Assembly (NCBI GenBank): GCA_002633005.1
Contig: NMRA01000098.1
Coordinates: 1-64,000 of the forward strand
Direction: 5' to 3'
DNA from: Phoronis australis
Taxonomy: Eukaryota; Animalia; Phoronida
DNA length: 64,000 nucleotides
Part shown: piece by piece, positions 48,849-59,498 of the stretch
Position numbering within the stretch: the stretch's first letter is position 1
How the letters are laid out: each line of letters opens with the position of its first letter
Made by a program: the position numbers and the translations under genes
Notes under the pieces: model-generated
The model's input: only the letters and a program-made list of their open reading frames with translations
The model's database searches: none
Told to the model about the DNA's origin: nothing

Positions 48849-51540
48849 AAAAAAGGTGTAGGTGGCTCGATGCCTTTTGCGGTACATTAGGCGTGTTTAG
48901 GCCACAAGGCCGGGCCCATTATGCTGGTCACCTGGTTATGACTCGTGGGGACACGACATCACCGGATTCTTCATGGGTGAAATCTTCCAATTTTCCTATT
49001 TGTTTCAGAAAGATAGAAAGACTAGTAAACCTTATGTACTAACAGTGTTAACCAGGCAGGTTATGTGTCCATCCAGTAGTAGATTACGGTGTCTATTGAA
49101 GGCAGGGCAAATCTCCATCAGATGTTGAGGAGTCTCGGCCTCCAAGCCACAGTTGGGACACAATGAACATGCCATGTGGCCTGTGATGTTACGGTGCTGA
49201 GCTAGTTTGCAGTGTCCAGTAATAACCTGGATCAGCTGCCTTATAGCTAGCCAGCCAGCTGGCTGCATGAAGATTGTCGTCAAAATACAGCTAGGTATCA
49301 CTTAGCCAGCCAGCTAGCTGTATGAAGACTGTCGTCAAAATACAGCTAGGTACCACTGCGTGTATTTCTTCCGTAGACACCGAAATTGCACACAGCCAGG
49401 GTAGTTCTGCCCGTCACCTAGCCGTGAAACTTGTATCAACATGTAAAGCTAAAGACCGGACGGTGTGCATGCAAAATCTGAGAATCAAGTGACACTCACC
49501 TTGCCCGTTACAGCCGTTTAAGTGAAAAACAATGCAATAAACGTAATTTTTTCTTGCGTAACTCTCCGCCTTTTCTAACATGTCGTCGTTTTGAAAACAG
49601 TACGCTCGTGTCACGTGCACGCGCAATTTCCTAAATTTTTGCGACATCTCTCGGGGAGATGATGATAGCTTGGCAGCAGTAAAATTTCTTCTGAAATTCG
49701 GTTTTTCGGTATCAAAATTCTAAAAACTTATAATGAAGTGAAACCAGTTTTGATAATTTGTTGTGACGTGTACGCAACCTCGTGAAAGAAGGATAGTTGA
49801 TTGAAGAATTGGCGAAAAAAGAAACTGGCCAATAGGTGACCCAACATTTCATGGCGCCGAAAGCCATCGCTAAAGATCGCTCCACAACTTTAGCAGCAGA
49901 ATAACGGTAGAACGCCATTTTTCCAACAGGTTAAATAATTTAATTTACTCAAGGAAGACTGTTGTTTTTAATTACATTAATTTCCTGTCAGATTTTATCT
50001 TACCACTTTTTTACCCACATCAGTGCAAAGCTGTATATTTATACAGCTTTGTACCAAGGCTAGGTATCACTATGTGTATTCCTTCCGTAGACCCCGAAAT
50101 TACACACAGCCAGGGTAGCTCTGCTCGTCACCTCTCCGTGAAACTTGTATCAACATGTAAAGCTAAAGACCGGACGGGGTGCATGCAAAATCCGGGAATC
50201 AACCGAAACTCACCTTGCCCGTTACAGCCGTTAAAGTGAAAAACTATGCAATGAACGTCATTTTCTTGCGTAACTCGCGGCCTTTTCTAACAATGAAAAG
50301 TATGTCGTCGTTTTGAAAACAGTACGCTCGTGTCACGCGCACGCACCATTTCCTAAATTTTGCGACATCTCTCGGGAGCAGCAGCAAAATTTCTTCTGAA
50401 ATTCGTTTTTCCTGTATCAAAATTCTAAAAACTTATAATGAAGTGAAACCAGTTCCGATAATTTGTTATAACCTGTACGCAACCTCGTGAAAGAAGAACA
50501 GTTGATTGAAGAATCGGCGAAAAAAGGAACTGGCGAATAGGTGACGCAATATTTCATAGCGCCGAAAGCCGTCGTTAAAGATCGCTCCACAACTTTAGCA
50601 GCAGAATTACGGTAGAACGCCATTTTTTCCAACACCGTTAAATAATTAAGTTTACTCAAGGAAGACTGTAGTTTTTAATGACACTAATTTTGTGTCAGAT
50701 TTTATCTTACCACTTTTTTACCTACATATTTAGTATACAGCTTTGTTCCAAGGCTACCTTATAGCAAGCCTATCTAAACATAACAGTTTCTTTGAACCTT
50801 TTGGGTCAATAGGACTTGGGAAAAGTTTATCTGCAGGCAGAGAGCTTTCTCCATGCATCCACGGACAGTTTACACACCCAGCGTCTTACCTTTGCTCTGC
50901 AGCACCTATAAGCAACTGGTATGCAAGGTTGTGCTACAAAACAGGGTGCACTTGCTCCTTCTTTTGCAATTTTGTCAGCAGCTTCGTTACCGTAAATGCC
51001 AACATGGGCTTTAACTCAGTTCACATGAAAAGTTCTGCTCGCTGATAGATGGTTAAGCTCTTTTACACAGGCCAGGACACAATGGGAGTTGATCTTGGGC
51101 TTAATTAGAGCTTTAATAGCTGTTTGGCTGTCTGAGAGTATGAAGAGTTCCTTGTTTCCAAGGACTGCTTCATGCTCCCTTGCCAGCTGGGCAGCCTGGT
51201 GAATGGCAACAATTTCAGCCTGAAAGACTGTAACGGTGAGATCCAGCTTTCTTTGTCGTCACCTGCAAGGTCTGGAAAGTAAATTCCTGATCCTGACTGT
51301 CCGTTGTCAAGTTTGGAGCCATCAGTGTAACAAACGGACTGTTGGTCATTGTAATAAATGATTTCGTGACCATCTCCAATTTCTGTATAAAAATTGTGTC
51401 TGTGATTTAGGGTCGTCACTAAAACATCACTTGGCCTAGCTAAAAGTGTTCCAGTTTCTGACATTAACCTGTTGCATACATTAACATGGGTCTTTTAATG
51501 AGCAACAGTATCAGTGATTCGCGCATTGCTTCACTGCCCA
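48849..51540 (-). mobile_element. Second 5'-truncated copy of the RNase H LINE family, itself interrupted by an insertion
   Basis: Reverse-complement match to ~2743-3819 ([45 protein letters not shown]...HLMEICP). Flanked by cacgctctt / cacgctttt. Confidence 0.92.
49248..50756 (+). mobile_element. Dimeric non-autonomous element, TAGCC...GGCTA termini, 9-bp TSD
   Basis: ccttatagc at 49239-49247 and 50757-50765, single in the intact LINE copy near 3425-3433. Interior is a duplicated 55-bp head plus two ~700-bp tandem units (~49345-50062 and ~50059-50756). Confidence 0.85.
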
Positions 51541-53689
51541 CGCTTTTGCTGTTTTATTGTTTTTTGCGGCTGCCAAGGGGGACAGGGACTGGCCCCCTGC
51601 CCCCCACCCCTAAATCCGCCTATGTGATCTTTCTCAGCAAGATTCTTGCATCTACAGAATTTAACCCTATATTATGTGTTTACAGTGGCGGATCTAGGAT
51701 ATCACAAGGGGGGGCCCAACATTTTGTCTGTAAACATTTGCTCAAGCACGATTGTAGATGCGCATAGCACCGAATGGGGGGAGGTCGGGAGGGGAGTTTG
51801 CCCNNNNNNNNNNNNNNNNNNNNNNNNNNNNNNNNNNNNNNNNNNNNNNNNNNNNNNNNNNNNNNNNNNNNNNNNNNNNNNNNNNNNNNNNNNNNNNNNN
51901 NNNNNNNNNNNNNNNNNNNNNNNNNNNNNNNNNNNNNNNNNNNNNNNNNNNNNNNNNNNNNNNNNNNNNNNNNNNNNNNNNNNNNNNNNNNNNNNNNNNN
52001 NNNNNNNNNNNNNNNNNNNNNNNNNNNNNNNNNNNNNNNNNNNNNNNNNNNNNNNNNNNNNNNNNNNNNNNNNNNNNNNNNNNNNNNNNNNNNNNNNNNN
52101 NNNNNNNNNNNNNNNNNNNNNNNNNNNNNNNNNNNNNNNNNNNNNNNNNNNNNNNNNNNNNNNNNNNNNNNNNNNNNNNNNNNNNNNNNNNNNNNNNNNN
52201 NNNNNNNNNNNNNNNNNNNNNNNNNNNNNNNNNNNNNNNNNNNNNNNNNNNNNNNNNNNNNNNNNNNNNNNNNNNNNNNNNNNNNNNNNNNNNNNNNNNC
52301 GTATAATTTTAATTACCGGGGTTAATTAATAAACTCAACACTTCCCTACGCTCTTGCTGTTTTATTTGCGGCAGCCAAGGGGAGGCCGGGCCCCCTGGAC
52401 CACCCCCTAAATCCGCCTATGGTTTACATCAGTGTCTTCCTGTGGTACGTTTTCGCTGAATAAAAACGGATAGCTCAAGTCTCTATTAGTACATGATATG
52501 CGGACCTAAGCATTGCCATTACTTTTTCTGTAAATTCGTAACACTTTGAACATGCAATAATAGCGGTATTAATATACAGAGAATCAGAATCATCTTTACA
52601 GTCTTTGGAATCGGGACTTGAAACTTGGTCAGGTTTTGAGTGATATTATTTTATTTTGAATATAAATAGATAAAGTCTTTAAAGTCATGACTGGGGTGTG
52701 ATGTCATTATCTCTGAAGCTCGGGCAGATTTTGAGTGAAACTTTTTGTTGGTATTACTTCATTTTGAATATATAAATGGATATATAATTTCATAAACCGG
52801 TGGAAATATTTTGGTAAAAACTTTTAAAAACTTTTTACTGGGACTCTTTTGTTATCGGGGGTCTACTGTGTGTTGTTGCATCATTACATAGCCAAGTTTT
52901 CTGCCGAAGGCAAGAGTGACCACGAGTTATGCAACGACTGCCTGGGTCACGATGCTGTGCTCAATTCAACAATTCACAGTAAACACAAGGGGTGTCAAGT
53001 TTCCAATGCGCAGAACGCATAAGGACTACCTCCACTTGAATAGTCATATCAATACATGCGCGCACCCAGCCTGAAATATAAGGGTGCTACAATTTCTGAG
53101 AATGTGGACCTTTTACTAATAAAAAACGTGTTACGTTCAAAGATTTGAATTGTGCATTCGCTGACTTTCTGCCTTTTTAATAGACTTTTGTCTCATTTTC
53201 CCGGAATTTTTGTTTTTCTGAGGCGGACCTTTTGCCTACTTCGCCAAATTGGGGGCTCGATTGTTTTAACACTTAAAAGTGCGTTACTTTAGGTAGTTTG
53301 AAACCGATAGTTTTATTTTCAAGTTATCACAACGGGAAATGTAATCATTGAGATTTTAATTAAAGGTTTAGTTAAAGGTTTGCAGAAAAGTTTTTAAAAA
53401 TCGCAACCCTATAGGAAATAATAACCAGGCCCCGCCTGTCTAAAGTTAGTGAAACATTAGTTTATAACAAATCGTAGGAAAGCCACCCACAATACGTATT
53501 AATCTTTTTCAGGTCTATCAAAATATTTTAACACGGAGACAGGGTTGGAATTGATTGTTGCACTTTTGAATAACTAAGAAAGACATTTCTTTTTAGAACT
53601 TCACATCGGTTTATTAGACAAAAAATGGAGCATATGAAAGATGATTGGCTAAAATGACCGGAAACAGAGAAAGCTCTTTAACTAGCGGT

Positions 53690-53957
53690 ATTTATGTAAA
53701 CGAGAATGGACCCCAAATTTGTATGTTGCTACATGCTGATGATATGGTTGAATGTGCAGAGACAACATTTTTAATTACAGCACCGATTTCTTGTTTTGTG
53801 TAAATACTGGCTGGATCGGGATATGAAGGTTAAATTTAAAAAAATAATAATAACAATAATATTTCGAAAGCGGGGCACTCTAATAAAAAATATGAAAATG
53901 GCATTTTGAGAATGCCAAAATTGATGTAGTCCCCATCATCGTATAAGTACGTGGGCC
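53690..53957 (+). mobile_element. Decayed reverse-transcriptase fragment of another non-LTR family
   Basis: Frameshifted MLLHADDMV ... IIFRKRG ... KWHFENAKIDVV ... YKYVG, the order of RT domains 5-7. Confidence 0.65.
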
Positions 53958-54704
53958 CAGTTAAACAGAAACCTAGTCTAATCAGTCACAAAAGGTCCTT
54001 GACTTAACTCCGGTGCGAGAGGAGCGCCGATGTAAACAGCGAAGTCAGAGCCGCTCATATTGACTTCGGATGTTTATGGATATTGAACCAAACGGTAGGT
54101 GACGATGTCGTCATCGCAGTCATTGCTCAAACATAAACTGTTTGACATCGCGACTGCCGCTAAAGGGTACGTTCCAACCCGTCCCAACCCGGCCTTTTTG
54201 CAACTATGCGCATGCCGCTACGAAAGGTTCCCCATGGTTTCAGTTTCGATGAATGTAATCTATACAGAGCGATATTCATGGGTTGAGATGACGGATTAGT
54301 CATAGCTAAAAATAAAAGCATGCGTCCCTGTTTTGAAGAATTTTTAGAACCTCAGTTTTGCTTTAGTGAACGGAGGCGTATTTTGTAGGACGTGTCAAAC
54401 TGGGCCGGTAAGTTCTCTCGATTTTTAAAGAAAATTTCACTTTTCTAATTCATCATTTGAAGAAGACAAAAGTTGAGGTGTAGTGTAATGGCGGAATTCC
54501 CAGTTCGAGAATGCTGTTTTGGAAAAAGTTTGAATGAAATTATTTCCCACTGTTTACATCTTCAAAAGGTCAGATTTACTTCATCAAATGTTGTGCAGCG
54601 AAACAGACCTGGGACACCAGTGGCTGATTTAGATCCGGGCCATAGGGGCCATGCCCCCTCCCCCCTAAAACTCTCCCAGATTCCATTTGNCTGGATCCGA
54701 CCCT

Positions 54705-54914
54705 TGTCCCGTTCCAAGAAACTGACTTAAGTTCATTTTTGACTTAAGTCTAAGATTTGCCTTAACTTCCAAAGTTTGAAACTTCCACATGCCAAAAACT
54801 TAAGTCGAACTTAATATCTCTTTCCTGGAATGGGCTTAAGACAAATTTAAGTTTTATCTTGAAATTGAATGAAATTTAAGATTCGTCTAAGTCAGTTTTC
54901 TTGGAACAGGGCCC
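54705..54914. mobile_element. MITE-like inverted repeat element
   Basis: cccgttccaagaaactgactta ... taagtcagttttcttggaacaggg with internal cttaag repeats. Confidence 0.65.
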
Positions 54915-57900
54915 TGCTCAAGCCTGATGTACTGCAAAGATGTCAGACCACATACACACTGTTTTCTTAACTTCATAGTAACTGATGAAAAATGTCAAAA
55001 TCTGTATTATTGTTTTTTCATAGTTCTTTGTTCTGGAGACGTCAATGTTGTCAACTGCACTTTGAGCCCTTGTCAATAATACTTGATATAAAATCCTTTA
55101 TTAAACAGAAACATTCTGATCAATACATTCAAGTAAGTACTCATTCACGGTGAATGTACAATTTTTAAGAAAACTAGCACACACTCAACACAAAAATAAC
55201 AACTGTGAATTAGTTTGCTTATCAATTCGTATAGACATGTCCGATAGCTTTTGACCAGCAGTCTGTTAGATTGTTAGCAATGTAAAAGAAACTAGGGCAT
55301 ACCCGGTGACTCATAGAGTAGCACTTCACGTTGTCCCATGAAGCGGGGAAATCTAAGTTTTGCTTGTCGTTTCTTTTGAAAATCAATACCCTGATTATGA
55401 GACAAAAATTATAAATGTAAGCGACCCTCAATTTTGAAGAACTATAGTCACATTCTTGATTCTGATGAGAATGAAGAACTTTTTCAAACAATGTTTTAGT
55501 ACTGGTTCAGTTCTCTCGATTTCAATGAAGAGATTTACATTACTACTGACAAAGTCCCATTACTAAACAAAAATAGACAACTTTAAAGCCGAGATGTACT
55601 TTTATCTTTTTCTATACATTCAGTATCCGCGTGCATAAAACAAAATAATAACAGTTGGTACCGTAGCAGTGTGGACACGTTTTAGATGAGTAAATGACTA
55701 ACAGGTGAATATATTAATCGGCTCGAGGAATTACAGAGATTGTATGAAATTCTAATGAACAGATAATGATAATGAATAGATGATTCCTCTGAATTGATTA
55801 AAATTACAATGAATTTTTAAGAATTGTGCAATTAGAGGAATGTGATAGGTAATGTCAATGAATGGGTAATAGAAAATGAATGGATAATTTCATTGGATGT
55901 TTTAAACTATGAAGAGTAACGACAATGAGTTACGCCACTTGCAGTTCTGAATTGTGTGCGTGATTCATAGCACCAGGACCATGAATAGACAGAGGGTAAA
56001 TTTAACAAAAGCTGAAATTCATTGGCATTCACTAGATAGGTTATCGTATTGTTTGTCGTTTCTATCTGACTCAACAGTTTGAGTACTTCCTACCAAGGGC
56101 TATACTCCTTCAGTGTGTTTCGCGGGTATTTGTACATTTGGTCAACAACATTCAGCATTTGTTGACGTAGGTAAAAATAATTTTTTTCTAAGTATGAAAA
56201 ACATAAGAGATTTGATTTGCCTAAGGAAAAAAACTGAAATTTTGTTACCCCCAACATCCACTCTTCCGACGGAGTCTCAGCTAAAACTGCAATGGTTTAA
56301 TATATACTGGAAAATTTGAAATAGCAAGGCTTTGGCCTGTATTGTAGTATAGCCACTCAGGAATCATTTTAGAAAAACGTTGGTATGAATGAATTTGTCC
56401 ACAAGACATCAAGTCTATATGGCAATTTAGAGGACCTGCAAGCCATGTTATTTTTCGTCATTGTTCGCTTCCAGTTTTAATGAACCGGTTGGCTCTACTT
56501 AAAAAATCACAATGAGTTAACATGGGCGGCCTACCATAGGGGGCTGGGGGCTATTGCCCCCTCTTTTTCAGTGCTGCGCCGCCCATGGCTAATCAAATTA
56601 TTTTTGTGTGCCAATGACGCGGGGCTCGTTCCCCAAAATTATCATTGATGGGTCAAATAATTTTCAAAGAAATCAAAACTAACAACTTTGCTGAATTTTC
56701 AAATGCATTTCTTTTTTCTCAAAATTGAGGAATAATCTAAACTAAACATGAAATTGTTAAAATGGCAAGAAATATAAAATCAATTTAAGCACGAAAGAAA
56801 ATGTTGCTTTCCAAATTATATTTAGTATTACGTAAACTGTTGACCAGCGGAACAAACTTGAATCGGATTTATCAGGGTCACGCCACACAAGTACGTGCAA
56901 GTGTTGACAAATGTTTTCAAAAAAATAAAATTCGTGGCCGGTTATGATACTATATTCAAGGGAAGTTTTCAGTGGTCGTCAATGTGAAGCAGAGCGTATG
57001 ACGCTGTGCAAAATAGAAATTTAAAGAGCACTGCTTCATATCTTCAATAGACGTTGGTTTCCGTTTCAATTTCTTCCATGTACAAGTGTATCTGCATATG
57101 TAGATACAGATCGGGCTTGCCTAATTTATTTTCGACGCTAGTACTAGACAAAAATCATTCGTCGCAAATCTCGTTTCCAGAGTTGAAAAGCAAGCCAGAG
57201 GTTGGCGTAAATAGGTCGTTTATTCTGACTAGAATAGTGTCTAAACAGTGGTAAAATAATACTATCGCTGAAAAGATGGGCAATAAAAATCGCAACACGG
57301 AGGATCAAGAAATAGCAGGATGTTGGAGGAAGGGAAAACCCTTGGTAAAGAGTGGAGTAAGGAAATGTCAGAGAGAAACCGCACATCCGAATTGCAATAA
57401 CTTCCAGCTGATAAATTCTGCACACTTAGTTTCGAAACCCAGATACATGTACCACAACTACCTTTAGGGTTGATGACGACGATTTATAACTTGGATTTTA
57501 CAATATAGGTTGGGCGGCTTTGTTAAGAAACTCGCCTGCACAGAATAAAATATAATGTTACAAAAGGAACAGAATGACGTCACTTAATAGCAAGTACAAC
57601 AACAAACGTTTACCTCAGGTCGTTATGATGACGATCTGTTTTGAAAATGCGGAAGAGAAATTTACATAAACAGTGAAACGATAGACGCTAATGAAATACG
57701 TGGGCGATCACGAACATCATGAAATACGACGGCCATTTTGTCTTCAAAATTAAATACTGAAAATCTGGATAGGTTTGCAGGTCTTTCTCGGATCCCTCTA
57801 CCTCCTAAATCTGTCCGTGTGAAGAAATATCAGCATATTTAATCGAATCTCAAATTGTTGGCATCCTCTGTCCAACAATCTCATTCACTGCATCCAACAC

Positions 57901-59498
57901 TTTTCCTTCATGAAAGTGATTAGAAACTTTTTCTAGGGTATGATGAGTTTACAATTAACTGGATTAAACTTTTGCCAGTAATTCAGTTATCTGTATTTTC
58001 TCAGAGGCTTTGCACTGTTGCTCAAGTGACATTCGATTATTTCTTAGTGTGAAGCGTAAAACCAAATTTCTTACTTCAATCTTGGGAGAGTTTTTATGAA
58101 ACACTCCCCTGGTTGCATTCCGTTAAACTGTTTTTGATATTTAAGAGAGATCACGCACAATCACGCATGTGATAAGGTGGCATTCCATAAGCTCTTGGGG
58201 TTTGAGCCACGGTTGAATTTGGATGTCTCATTCATTAAAATTTGGCGACTGCAGGGTTGACTGGCATTTAAAGTTTTGTGCTTCATGTCGTATGCTTGAC
58301 ATTTGAGTCGTTTCTGAGTGAAATATTGCAAGTTGTTAACCCCTTGACCTACTTTTTGCTCAGTGGAGGCTGAAGAAGTTGAAATTTAGCAGAAAATCCA
58401 ACTGCTCTTCAGATGCTTTGTATTTCTAAAAATGTGACTGGTTGAAACCTATTTTTCATCTCATTCCTGCTATCTAGAGAGTTTGTCTGAGTCTGAATGC
58501 TTTGTTTCTCAGTTGGTTGTAATGGTTTTGGGGTGAAAACTGCTAATTTGGTGTACTATAGATCGTTTCTTCAAGTAGCCAGCTGCACTTTCGGTACTCG
58601 TACAGAGGAAAAATTTGGACTTTGCTATCGGTTTCAATAGAGTTAGTGCGTGCAAGGTCTATGAAGTCTTTTTCCTATTATAATACTATTCTGATGCCTC
58701 TAGAGACCAATGATCAACTTATTCTCCAGTACAGTATAATGCTGTTCATATTTTCAGGTTTTTACACCCTGTGGAACAGACTTTTGGAGCTGCCAAGTCC
58801 GGATTTTTTTCAAGTCCAAAATCAGCAAAAACTGTTGAGTGCCACCTTGATAAATGTCGTGAGTAAGCTCGTGTTCTTATTAGCAAACATAAGTAGCAAC
58901 AAGGTCGCCACTGGCATGATTGGTGAACGAGGGTGGAATGTTGAATTTCGAGAGAAAGTTATTAGGAAACACGCTATTTCCGTTCTTTCCACAGCCGAAG
59001 ATTTCTTTGCCCCAAGTGTTCAGCACGCATTCTTTGCGTAACCCACTTCTGCTTACACTAGAAAACTTGTTGATCACATGACCAAACGTAACGCCGTAAA
59101 CATGTTTAAAACCAGAGTAAAGATCAGTGACTCTAGGACCTCGTTAAAAAGAAAGACTTCGGGAGATTAAGTTGTGTACTTTAATTGAAAAGACGTGGTT
59201 TTGGCCAGATTTAGTGAGGTCCTAGCATAGGTCCTGGCGTTACTGAACTCTATCCCTGACTTAGACATTGTTGGTCCGTCTTCAAACAATACCAAATTTT
59301 ACAGTATTAAGTTTTTGTTCAAGATTGGCAAAAAAGTACCAACGAACAGCTAAAAGTCATCCAATGTCGCAAATTAAATTTTTTCCTTGAGAAATATGAA
59401 TGGTTTTCAACAGGGGTCATTTTGCTGAATCTTTGACTCTTAAACAAAAAGTTGAAATTTAACGGCTCTCGTTTTTTTCTATATTACAGGTCTGAACA

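Larger units (their letters stand above)
48690..51624. mobile_element. CAGTGGCGGAT...ATCCGCCTATG MITE split by a LINE; sister copy at 51682-52421 spans the N gap
   Basis: The left part (48690-48848) and right part (51539-51624) join to match the sister copy, which reads ...ctacgctcttgctgttttatt... uninterrupted. Confidence 0.75.
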
